From Gammaproteobacteria bacterium (GTDB taxonomy: Bacteria > Pseudomonadota > Gammaproteobacteria > Pseudomonadales > UBA5518), in the NCBI GenBank assembly GCA_016718385.1, contig JADKDK010000006.1:509765-573764 (forward strand): 64,000 nt of DNA, written 5' to 3'. Below the pieces are notes generated by a model that saw only the letters and a list, made by a program, of their open reading frames with translations, was not told the DNA's origin and made no database searches. The position numbers and the translations under genes are program-made. This document shows, piece by piece, positions 20,642 through 29,195 of the stretch (position 1 is its first letter; every line of letters starts with the position of its first letter).

Positions 20642-20691
20642 GTAGGAGCGGGCCATGCCCGCGACCGTTCGCGGGCATGGCCCGCTCCTAC
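20642..20691. repeat. 50-nt perfect palindrome = doublet of a second REP type (GTAGGAGCGGGCCATGCCCGCGA)
   Basis: A 23-nt arm at 20642-20664 and its exact reverse complement at 20669-20691, with a 4-nt centre. Each arm contains its own GCGGGC-CAT-GCCCGC hairpin. Confidence 0.9.
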
Positions 20692-20716
20692 AGGATCATC
20701 ATCCGACGGCGCCAAT

Positions 20717-22786
20717 CTACCAGATCTTCACGCGTTCGTCGGGCGGCAGGTACATGCCGTCGCCTTCCTTCACGCCGAAGGCGGCGTAGAAGGGCGTGAA
20801 GTTGCGCAACACCCCGAGCACGCGATAACGCGCCGGGGAGTGCGGATCGCTGACCAGCATCGAGCGCAGCATTTCCTCGCGCATGCTGGCGCGGTTGGCC
20901 TGCGCGAAGCCGATGAAGAAGCGCTGGTCGCCGCTCAGGCCGTCGATCACCGGTGCTTCCTTGCCGCCCAGCGACGCCCGGTAGGCGCGGTAGGCAATGG
21001 TGATGCCGGTCAGATCCGCGATGTTCTCGCCCAGCGTGAGCTTGCCCTTGATCGACATGTCCGGCAGCGGGCGGAAGGCGTTGTACTGCTCGACGAGCTT
21101 CGCGGCGGCCTGCTCGAAGTGCTCGGCATCCGCGGCGCTCCACCAGTCCTGGAGCTTGCCGTAAGGATCGAAGGCGCGGCCCTTGTCATCGAAGGCATGC
21201 CCGATCTCGTGACCGATCACGTAGCCGATGGCGCCGTAGTTCACCGCCGGGTCGGCGGCCATGTTGAAGTTCGGCGGCTGCAGGAAGCCGGCCGGGAACA
21301 CGATCTCGTTCATGAACGGCTGGTGGTAGGCGTTGACGGTCTGCGGCGTCATTTCCCACTCGGCGCGGTCGATCGGCTGGTCGAGCTTCGCGAGCTGGTA
21401 GCGGTACTCGAAGGCCGAGGCGCGCGCGAGGTTGCCGAGCGGGTCGTCGGCGCGGATCTCGAGGCCCGCGTAGTCGCGCCACTTGTCCGGGTAGCCGATC
21501 TTGGTCGCGAGCCGGGCGCGCTTCGCCTCGGCCTTCGCCCGCGTCTCGGGGCTCATCCACTCGAGCTCGGTGATGCCGGCGCGGAAGGCCTCCAGCAGGT
21601 TGCCGACCAGTTCGAGCATCGCCTGCTTGTGGTCCGCCGGGAAGTAGCGCTCGACGTAGACCTGCCCCACGGCCTCGCCGGCCAGCGCGTCGATCGCGCG
21701 CACGGCGCGCTTCCACTCCGGCGCCAGCTCCGCGAGGCCGAACACCTCGCGCTGCATGAACTCGAAGTTCGCGCGCTCGAACTCGCCCGAGAGCCAGGGC
21801 GCGGCGGAGTTCAGCGCGTGGTAGCGCAGGTAGTCCTTCCACGCCGCGAGCGGGAACTCGCCGACGATCGCGCCGATCTGCTTCACGTAGCTCAGCTGCG
21901 CCGCCATCAGTTCGGGCCGCGCGCCGAGGCCCGCGGCGTCGATGTAGCGGGGCCACGCGAAATCGGGCGCGAGCGAGGCCAGCTGCGCGGCCGGCACCAT
22001 GTTGTAGAGCTTCTTCATGTCGCGGTTCTCTTCGGCCGGCCAGTGCAGCTCGGCCAGCCGCGTCTCGATCGCGAACACCGCCTGCCCCTGTTCCGGCGTG
22101 CCGCCGAAGCCCCCGAGACCGAGCAGCTTCGCGATGTAGCCGGGATAGGCCGCGCGGATCTTGCGGAACTTCTCGTCGTCGCGCAGGTAGTAGTCGCGAT
22201 CCGGCAGCGCGATGCCGCTCTGCCAGATGTAGGGCACGTAGCGGTCCGCGGCGCCCGGGTCCTGCACCACGCCGACGGCGAGCGGCGCGTCGATGCCGAG
22301 CAGCTGCGCGGCGCCGAACGCCGCGGCCAGGGACTCGGCCGAGTCGATCGCATCGATGCGCGCCAGCGTGTCCGCGATCGGCGCCACGCCGCGGCCCTCG
22401 ACCAGCGACTGGTCCGTGAGGCTGGCGAAAAAGTCGCCGATCTTGCGCGCGACCGAGTCCGGCCCGAGATCGCGGCGAGCGGCCATCTCCTCGATGATCG
22501 CGCGCTGGCGCGCCTCGCTCTCGGCGCGCAGCTCCGGCACCACGCCCCACCAGGTGCGATCCGGCGGTATCGCGGTGGCGGCGATCCAGCCGCCGTTCAC
22601 CCAGGCGAAGAAGTCGTCCTGCGGCCGCACCGTGGCGTCGAAGCCGCCGCGGTCGATGCCGCTGGCGTTGGCGTAGGGCGATGCGGCGGGCGCGGCGGGC
22701 GCGGCGGGCGCGGCCAGCGGGGCACAGGCGAAGCCGCCGAGCAACACGGCGGCGCAGAGCGAGGGCAGCGAGAAACGGCGTTTCAT
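20717..22786 (-). CDS. M13-family zinc metallopeptidase (PepO / endothelin-converting-enzyme-like), secreted or lipoprotein
   Basis: ORF 20717..23035, start at MKRRFSLPSLCAAVLLGGFACAPL (22786). HEIGHAFD zinc motif and NAYH..NEIVFPAGFLQPP. Confidence 0.9.
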   Translation of the reverse strand: MKRRFSLPSLCAAVLLGGFACAPLAAPAAPAAPAASPYANASGIDRGGFDATVRPQDDFFAWVNGGWIAATAIPPDRTWWGVVPELRAESEARQRAIIEEMAARRDLGPDSVARKIGDFFASLTDQSLVEGRGVAPIADTLARIDAIDSAESLAAAFGAAQLLGIDAPLAVGVVQDPGAADRYVPYIWQSGIALPDRDYYLRDDEKFRKIRAAYPGYIAKLLGLGGFGGTPEQGQAVFAIETRLAELHWPAEENRDMKKLYNMVPAAQLASLAPDFAWPRYIDAAGLGARPELMAAQLSYVKQIGAIVGEFPLAAWKDYLRYHALNSAAPWLSGEFERANFEFMQREVFGLAELAPEWKRAVRAIDALAGEAVGQVYVERYFPADHKQAMLELVGNLLEAFRAGITELEWMSPETRAKAEAKRARLATKIGYPDKWRDYAGLEIRADDPLGNLARASAFEYRYQLAKLDQPIDRAEWEMTPQTVNAYHQPFMNEIVFPAGFLQPPNFNMAADPAVNYGAIGYVIGHEIGHAFDDKGRAFDPYGKLQDWWSAADAEHFEQAAAKLVEQYNAFRPLPDMSIKGKLTLGENIADLTGITIAYRAYRASLGGKEAPVIDGLSGDQRFFIGFAQANRASMREEMLRSMLVSDPHSPARYRVLGVLRNFTPFYAAFGVKEGDGMYLPPDERVKIW

Positions 22787-22931
22787 CGGGGATTCCACTG
22801 GGCTTGTTCGGGTACCGGCCGCGCGGCCGGCGTTACGTTGCCGCCCGCGGCGCGGATCATGCGGGGAAGTGCAGGCGGCCGCGCGGGCGGCGCGACGCAA
22901 CGTCGCCACGGCGCGACGGGACGCGGCATCG

Positions 22932-23621
22932 TCATGGTTCCGGGAGCTCCGCACCAGCGTGCTCGCGCACCACGGCCGGATCGTAGCCGAACGCGGCCAG
23001 GAGCTCGCCGAGCAGCAGTGACTCGACGCGCGCACGCGAGAGGTCGGTCCCGGCGGGCACCCGATCCGCGATGCGGGTCACGGCCATGCCGGGGTGCCCG
23101 CAGGGATTGATGCGGGCGAAGGCGCCGAGGTCCGGATCGACGTTCAGGGCGAGCCCGTGAAAGCAGCAGCCGCGGCGCACGCGCAGGCCGAGCGCCGCGA
23201 TCTTCGCGCCGTCGACGTAGACGCCGGGCGCGTCGCGGCGCGCCACGCCCTCGATGCCGAAGTGGGCCAGCGTCGCGATGATCGCCGCCTCCATGCGATC
23301 GACCAGTTCGCGCACCCCGAGCCCGAGCCGGCGCAGGTCCAGCATCAGGTAGGCCACGCACTGCCCCGGCCCGTGCCAGGTCACCTGCCCGCCGCGATCG
23401 ACGTGGATCACCGGGGTCTCGCCGGGATCGAGCAGGTGCTCGCGCCTGCCGGCCTGCCCCAGCGTGAACACCGCGGGATGCTGCAACAGCCAGATGCGGT
23501 CCGGGCTCGCGGGCGTGCGGGTGTCGGTGTAGTCCTGCATCGCGCGCCAGGCGCGCGCGTAATCGACCATCGCGAAGCGCCCGACCTCGACCGGGATGCA
23601 GTGCCGGGCCGTACCGCTCAC
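22932..23621 (-). CDS. lipB: octanoyltransferase
   Basis: ORF 22932..23621. ..LLQHPAVFTLGQAG.., ..RGGQVTWHGPGQ.., ..KIAALGLRV... Confidence 0.9.
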   Translation of the reverse strand: MSGTARHCIPVEVGRFAMVDYARAWRAMQDYTDTRTPASPDRIWLLQHPAVFTLGQAGRREHLLDPGETPVIHVDRGGQVTWHGPGQCVAYLMLDLRRLGLGVRELVDRMEAAIIATLAHFGIEGVARRDAPGVYVDGAKIAALGLRVRRGCCFHGLALNVDPDLGAFARINPCGHPGMAVTRIADRVPAGTDLSRARVESLLLGELLAAFGYDPAVVREHAGAELPEP

Positions 23622-23887
23622 AGCACCATGTGCACCCGGCCGGTGCTCTTCAGATCCTCGAACAGCGCCTGCAGCTGCGCCGGCCCGGTGGCGACGATGG
23701 TCACCGTGACCGACACGAAGCGGCCATTGGCGCTGAAGCGCTCGGTGGTGAGCTCGCGCGCGAAGCCGCCGGCGTGACGCTCCACGATGGCCTCGACCAC
23801 GCAGCGGAAATCGTCCGCGGCATCGCCGACGATCTTCACCGGGTAGTCACAGGGGAACTCGATGCGCACGCGCCCGGCGTCGCTCAT
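23618..23887 (-). CDS. ybeD: YbeD/DUF493-family protein
   Basis: ORF 23618..23887 (89 aa), in its conserved position upstream of lipB. GTGA/ATGA overlaps on both sides. Confidence 0.85.
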   Translation of the reverse strand: MSDAGRVRIEFPCDYPVKIVGDAADDFRCVVEAIVERHAGGFARELTTERFSANGRFVSVTVTIVATGPAQLQALFEDLKSTGRVHMVL

Positions 23888-24740
23888 GCCGCCTCCACGA
23901 AGTCGCGCTTCAGCGCATCGAACGCCGCGATCAGCCGCTGCGTGACCGGCCCCGGCTCGCCGTCGCCGACGGCGCGGCCGTCGAGCCGCGTGACCGGCAC
24001 GATCTCGCGCGTGGAACTGCAGATGAAAATCTCCCCGGCGCGCGCGACCTCCCCGAGCGCCGGCGCGCGTTCGACGACCGGGATGCCGCAGCCCGCGGCG
24101 AGCTCGAGCACCACGTCGCGCGTGATGCCGCGCAGGATGCGCCGGTCCGCGGGCGCGGTGCGCAGCTCCCCGTCGAGCACCGCGAACACGTTCGACGAGC
24201 TCCCTCGGTCAGCTCGCCGTCGCGCACCAGCAGGGCCTCGGCGGCGCCGCTCTCGAGCGCGCGGCGCCTGAGCAGCAGGTTGCCGAGCAGCGAGGTCGAC
24301 TTCACGTGGCAGTTGTGCCAGCGCGTGTCCTCGAGCAGCACGGCCGCGATGCCGCGGCGCAGCGCGGCGCGGTCCAGCGCGACCGGCTCGAGCATCACGA
24401 ACACCGTGGGTGTCAGGCCGGCGAAGCGCGCCGCGTCGCGCCCCGCGTCCGCGCCGCGGCTGACCTGGATGTAAAGCGACTGCTCGCCCGGCCCCGCTTG
24501 CGCCAGCAGGCGCGCGATGATGGCGTTCCAGCCGGCCTCGTCGTGCGGCGGCGCGATGCCGAGCTCCGCGAGGCTGGCGCCGAGCCGCGCGAGGTGCTGC
24601 GCCGGGCGGAACACGCGCCCGCCGTAGACCGGGATGACCTCGTAGGCCGCGTCACCGAACAGGAAGCCGCGGTCGAACGCCGAGACCTTGGCCTCGGCCG
24701 CCGCCACGAAGCGGCCGTCCAGGTAGACCGTGTCGTGCAT
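23884..24740 (-). pseudogene. dat: class IV aminotransferase (D-amino-acid aminotransferase-like), frameshifted at 24202-24204 as sequenced
   Basis: ORF 23931..24740 gives the N-terminal 180 aa (..FDRGFLFGDAAYEV..HVKSTSLL..) and ORF 23884..24189 the C-terminal part (..NVFAVLDGELRTAP..ILRGITR..). Length is 857 nt. Confidence 0.8.
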
Positions 24741-24750
24741 GACGCGCCGT

Positions 24751-26052
24751 TCAGGCCTGCCCGAAGAGCTTCAGGAAGAACAGCACGAGCGAGTCCCAGA
24801 ACACGCGGAAGAAGCCGCCGCGCTCGACGCTGTCCAGCGCCGCCAGCGGCTCCTGCAGCACCGGCTCCTCGCCGAGGCTCACCGTCACGGTGCCCACCGC
24901 GGTCCCGGCCGCCACCGGCGCCTCGATCGCCTTGTGCGCCTCGTCGACCACGTAGGCCGCCCTGAGCTCGGCGGCGCGGCCGCGCGGCACGGTGACGTAG
25001 ACGTCGCGGGTGACGCCGAGCCGCACGCTGTCCGCGGCGCCCTTCCAGACCTTCGCGGGCGGATCGCTCAGGCTCTGGCCGGCGCCGAGGACCTTCGGCG
25101 TCTCGTAGAAGCGGAAGCCGTAGCCGAGCATCTTGCGGCTCTCCTCCTTGCGCGCGAGCTTGCTGGCCGTGCCGAGCACCACCGCGATCAGGCGCATCCC
25201 GTCGCGCTCGGCCGAGGTGACCAGGCAGTAGCCCGCCTCTGCGGTGTGGCCGGTCTTGATGCCGTCGACTCCGGGCTCGCCGAGCAGCTCGTTGCGGTTC
25301 ATCTGGCGGATGTTGTTGAAGGTGAAGTACTGCTCGCCGTAGACCGCATAGTCCTGCGGGTGGTCGTAGATCATGGCCCTGGCGAGGATCGCGAGATCAC
25401 GCGCCGTGGTGTAGTGCTCGGGGTGCGACAGCCCGTGCGAATTCATGAAGTGCGTGTTCGCGAGCCCGAGCCGCTTGGCCTGCTCGTTCATCATGGCCGC
25501 GAAGGAATCCTCCCCCCCGGCGAGGTGCTCGGCGATCGCCACCGAGGCGTCGTTGCCCGAGGAGATCACCAGCCCGTAGTACAGGTCCTTCAGCGAGACG
25601 TCGGAATTGATGTCCACCCACATCAGCGAGGAGCCCGCGAACACCGGGTTCTGCGCCCAGGCGTTGTGGCTGATGTGCGCCTTGTCCTCCCACTTGACCT
25701 TGCCGAGACGCACCGCTTCCGACAGCACGTAGCCGGTCATCATCTTGGTCAGGCTGGCCGGCGCCATGCGCTCGTCGGCCTGGTGCTCCATGATCACCTT
25801 GCCCGACTTCGCGTCCATCAGAACCCAGGCACGCGCCGCGATCTCGGGCGGCGCCGGGATGATCGGTGCGGCCGGCTGGCCGGCGGACGCCGAGGTTGCA
25901 TTGGGCGTGGGTTGTTCGGCCGGGGCGGCGCTCGGGGCCTGCGCCGACGCGAACGCCGCCCCGAGGGCGAGCACGACGACGGCAAGACGGGCAAGGACTC
26001 TGGTCACAGTGTCTCCGTGGGATTTCAGTCTGCGGGAAGCGCGACGGCGCAC
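24751..26052 (-). CDS. dacA: D-alanyl-D-alanine carboxypeptidase (PBP5/6 family)
   Basis: ORF 24751..26052. SLTKMMT (SxxK), SSGND (SxN) and KTGHT motifs. The true start may be the GTG at about 26007 (VTRVLARLAVVVLALG.. signal peptide). Confidence 0.9.
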   Translation of the reverse strand: MRRRASRRLKSHGDTVTRVLARLAVVVLALGAAFASAQAPSAAPAEQPTPNATSASAGQPAAPIIPAPPEIAARAWVLMDAKSGKVIMEHQADERMAPASLTKMMTGYVLSEAVRLGKVKWEDKAHISHNAWAQNPVFAGSSLMWVDINSDVSLKDLYYGLVISSGNDASVAIAEHLAGGEDSFAAMMNEQAKRLGLANTHFMNSHGLSHPEHYTTARDLAILARAMIYDHPQDYAVYGEQYFTFNNIRQMNRNELLGEPGVDGIKTGHTAEAGYCLVTSAERDGMRLIAVVLGTASKLARKEESRKMLGYGFRFYETPKVLGAGQSLSDPPAKVWKGAADSVRLGVTRDVYVTVPRGRAAELRAAYVVDEAHKAIEAPVAAGTAVGTVTVSLGEEPVLQEPLAALDSVERGGFFRVFWDSLVLFFLKLFGQA

Positions 26053-26101
26053 GCGCGTCGCTTTCGAAGCGGGGCGCAGTATAACACCGCGCCCCGGGGC
26101 G

Positions 26102-27019
26102 CTACTCGGTGACCACCTGCGCCGAGGCGATGCGGGCCGCCGCGAGGCGGCGCTGCGTATCGTGCAGGGCCGCGGTGCTCTCCAGCGGACCGACGCGCAC
26201 GCGGTACCAGGGATCCGCGTCCGAGCCGCGGTGGATGAAGACCTCGTGGTCGAGCAGCGAGGCCAGGGTCTTCTGCAGGCTGCGCGCCCCGTCCATGCTG
26301 CGGAAGGCGCCGGCCTGCAGGTAGGTCTTGCGCGCCGCCGGCTGCGCCGCGGCGATCCGCGCGTCGCCGGCCGTTTCGCGCCGCTTCGCGACCCACTCGG
26401 GGGCGTTAGGATCGAGCACCTCGAGCTCGATCAGGGCAGTGCCCTTGTCCGCGTAGCCGAGCCGGTAGGCTGCCGCGTACGAGAGGTCGAGCACCCGCCC
26501 GTCGTGGAAGGGGCCGCGGTCGTTGACGCGCACGACGATCTTGCGCCCGTTCTCGAGGTTGGTGACCCGGACGTACGAGGGGATCGGCAGCGTCTTGTGC
26601 GCCGCCGTCATCGAGTAGACGTCGTAGGGCTCGCCGTTGGAAGTGTATTGCCCGTGGAACTTGGTGCCGTACCACGAGCCGTAGCCGCGCTCGCGGTGCC
26701 CCGCCGGTACCGGCGTGACGCGATAGGTCTGGCCGAGCACCTCGTAGGGGCTCTTGTTGCCCGCCGCCGTGACCGGCTCGGGGCGCGGCACCGCGTCGGG
26801 GATCGACATGATGTCGGCGCGAAAGGCCGGCGTCCCGTCCTTCAGCGGCCCCGCCGGGGTCGGGGTGCTCCCGGCGCTGTCGGCCGGCGCCCCGGGCTGC
26901 GTCGCGCAGCCGGCCAGTCCCAGCGCGAGCGCCAGCAGCGCGCCCGCCAGCACGCCGCGGTGCCGCGTGACCCGCACGCTCCCGCCCGCCGTCAGCCGCC
27001 GTACGCCCGCGCCGCTCAT
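26102..27019 (-). CDS. rlpA: septal-ring lytic transglycosylase RlpA (DPBB + SPOR domains), lipoprotein
   Basis: ORF 26102..27019. Lipobox LGLAGC, DPBB core ..GSWYGTKFHGQYTSNGEPYD.., and a SPOR-like C-terminus. Confidence 0.9.
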   Translation of the reverse strand: MSGAGVRRLTAGGSVRVTRHRGVLAGALLALALGLAGCATQPGAPADSAGSTPTPAGPLKDGTPAFRADIMSIPDAVPRPEPVTAAGNKSPYEVLGQTYRVTPVPAGHRERGYGSWYGTKFHGQYTSNGEPYDVYSMTAAHKTLPIPSYVRVTNLENGRKIVVRVNDRGPFHDGRVLDLSYAAAYRLGYADKGTALIELEVLDPNAPEWVAKRRETAGDARIAAAQPAARKTYLQAGAFRSMDGARSLQKTLASLLDHEVFIHRGSDADPWYRVRVGPLESTAALHDTQRRLAAARIASAQVVTE

Positions 27020-27993
27020 GGCCGCTCGTACCCCGCGCGGATGTCCTGGCTGAGCTCGTGCACGGCCATCGCGTAGAGCGGGCTGCGGTTGTAGCGCGTG
27101 ATCACGTAGAAATTCTCCAGTCCCAGCCAGTACTCGGTCGCGTCGACGCCCTCGAGCATCAGCGGCAGCACCTTCTGCGTCGCCGGCAGCGGCGCGACGG
27201 CGGCGACCCCGAGCGCGGCGAGCTCGCCCGCCGGCACCGTGGGCTCGAGCCCCGGGTTCATGCGCTCCGTCGCGACCGGGCCGAGCGCGCGCGCCGGCAC
27301 CACCACCTGCGCGCCGTGCTGCCAGCCGTGCCTGCTGAAATAGTTCGCGACGCTGCCGATCGCGTCGGCACGGCTGTGCCAGATGTCGGCGTGCCCGTCG
27401 CCATCGAAATCGACGGCGTAGGCGCGGAAGCTGCTGGGGATGAACTGCCCCATGCCCATCGCGCCGGCGTAGGAGCCCTTCAACGTCAGCGGGTCGAAGC
27501 CCTGCTCGCGCGCCATGACGAGGAACTGCTCCAGTTCGCGGGCGAAAAACTCGCCGCGCGGCGGGTAGTCGAAAGCGAGCGTCGAGAGCGCGTCGATCAC
27601 GCGGTACGAGCCCATGTTGTCGCCGTAGCGGGTCTCGACCCCGATGATCGCGACCACCACCTCCGGCGCGACGCCGTAGGTCTCGGCGGCGCGGGCCAGG
27701 GTGGCGGCATTCTCGCGCCAGAACGCGATGCCGCCGTCGATGCGCGCCGGCGTGATGAAGAGCTTGCGGTACTCGCCCCAGGTGAGGCGCTTCTCCGCGG
27801 GACGCGCGATCGCCTCGAGGATGCCGTCCTTGCGCTCGGCCGCGTCGAACCAGCGCCGCAGTTCCTCGCGCGTGAAGCCGTGCTCGCTGACCATGCGCGC
27901 CTCGAAGGCGGCATAGCCCGGGTGCCCCGTGTAGCCGGAGGCCAGCGCCGGCCCGGCGAGCAGGGAGATCAAGAGGATCAGCGCACGAAACAA
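27016..27993 (-). CDS. mltB: lytic murein transglycosylase B
   Basis: ORF 27016..27993 (TTG start). ..IIGVETRYG.., ..GSYAGAMGMGQFIPSSF... Confidence 0.9.
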   Translation of the reverse strand: MFRALILLISLLAGPALASGYTGHPGYAAFEARMVSEHGFTREELRRWFDAAERKDGILEAIARPAEKRLTWGEYRKLFITPARIDGGIAFWRENAATLARAAETYGVAPEVVVAIIGVETRYGDNMGSYRVIDALSTLAFDYPPRGEFFARELEQFLVMAREQGFDPLTLKGSYAGAMGMGQFIPSSFRAYAVDFDGDGHADIWHSRADAIGSVANYFSRHGWQHGAQVVVPARALGPVATERMNPGLEPTVPAGELAALGVAAVAPLPATQKVLPLMLEGVDATEYWLGLENFYVITRYNRSPLYAMAVHELSQDIRAGYERP

Positions 27994-28045
27994 AGCAAAA
28001 CCCCTGTAGGACCCGGGATGCCGCCGCCCCGGCGACGGCCCCGGC

Positions 28046-29194
28046 TCAGCCCAGCATGCGGCGCCGCTCGGTGGCGACCGACATGATGATGCCGAAGCCG
28101 GCGAGCAGCGATATCAGCGCGGTTCCGCCCTGGCTGATCAGCGGCAGCGGGACGCCGACGACCGGCAACAGTCCGGAAACCATGCCCATATTGACCACAA
28201 TATAGACGAAAAAGGTCAGGCTGAGACCACCCACGGTCAGGCGCGAGAAGGTGTCCTGGGCCCGCAGCGCGATCCACAGCGCCCGCGCCATCAGCGCGAC
28301 GTACAACGCCAGCAGCAGCACCACGCCGCGGAAACCCCACTCCTCCGCGAGCACCGCGATGATGAAGTCGGTGTGGCCCTCGGGCAGGAAGTCGAGGTGC
28401 GACTGCGTGCCGAGCAGCCAGCCCTTGCCGGCCATGCCGCCCGAGCCGATCGCGGTCTTCGACTGGATGATGTTCCAGCCCGCGCCGAGCTTGTCGCTCT
28501 CGGGGTCGAGCAGGGTCAGCACGCGCCGCTTCTGGTAGTCGTAGAGCACGAACTGCCACATCAGCGGCGCCGCGGTGGCCACCGCGACCACCACCGCCAT
28601 CACGTAACGCCAGCTGAGCCCGGCCAGGAACAGCACGATGAGACCCGCGGCCGTGATCAGCACCGCGGTGCCGAGGTCGGGCTGCACCAGCACCAGCGCG
28701 GTCGGCACCGCCACGATCGCCAGCGTGATGCAGACGTGCAGGAAGCGCGGCGGCAGCACGGTGGCGGCGAGGAAGCTAGCCACCATCATCGGCATCACCA
28801 GCTTCATGATCTCGGACGGCTGGAAGCGCGGCAGGCCCGGTATCGCCAGCCAGCGCTGCGCTCCCTTGGCCCCGATGCCCGCGACGTCGACCGCCACCAG
28901 CAACAGGACGCCCAACAGGTAGGCCCACGGCGTCCAGCGCCTGAGCGTCTGCGTGTCCAGCTGCGCCACGGCGAACATCGCGGCGAAGCCGAGCACCATG
29001 AACCCGCCCTGGCGCAGCACGGCGTCGACCTGACGCCCGCTCGCGCTGTACAGCACGACCAGCCCGTAGACGCAGAGCGCGAACAGGATCGCCAGCAGCG
29101 GCAGGTCGATGTGCAGCCGCTCGTACAGCGTCGGCTTGCGCCCGAAGTCGCGCGCGGACTCGGGCATCTGCCGGATGAAATCTCCGCGCGCCAT
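28046..29194 (-). CDS. rodA: peptidoglycan glycosyltransferase RodA (SEDS family)
   Basis: C-terminal 382 aa of ORF 28046..29302, from MARGDFIRQM... Multi-TM SEDS pattern (..GAQRWL.., ..TDFIIAVLAEEWGF..). Confidence 0.9.
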   Translation of the reverse strand: MARGDFIRQMPESARDFGRKPTLYERLHIDLPLLAILFALCVYGLVVLYSASGRQVDAVLRQGGFMVLGFAAMFAVAQLDTQTLRRWTPWAYLLGVLLLVAVDVAGIGAKGAQRWLAIPGLPRFQPSEIMKLVMPMMVASFLAATVLPPRFLHVCITLAIVAVPTALVLVQPDLGTAVLITAAGLIVLFLAGLSWRYVMAVVVAVATAAPLMWQFVLYDYQKRRVLTLLDPESDKLGAGWNIIQSKTAIGSGGMAGKGWLLGTQSHLDFLPEGHTDFIIAVLAEEWGFRGVVLLLALYVALMARALWIALRAQDTFSRLTVGGLSLTFFVYIVVNMGMVSGLLPVVGVPLPLISQGGTALISLLAGFGIIMSVATERRRMLG

Positions 29195-29195
29195 A

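Noticed and set aside
26066-26096. Hairpin GGGGCGC-11 nt-GCGCCCC between rlpA and dacA as a terminator.
   Set aside because: There is no U-tract on the transcribed (minus) strand and the genes belong to one conserved operon. It may be an mRNA processing or stability element, but there is no support from sequence alone.
28003-28045. GTAGGACCCGGGATGCC.. between mltB and rodA as another REP.
   Set aside because: It has a GTAGG head, but no stable hairpin arm could be paired. At best it is a decayed copy.
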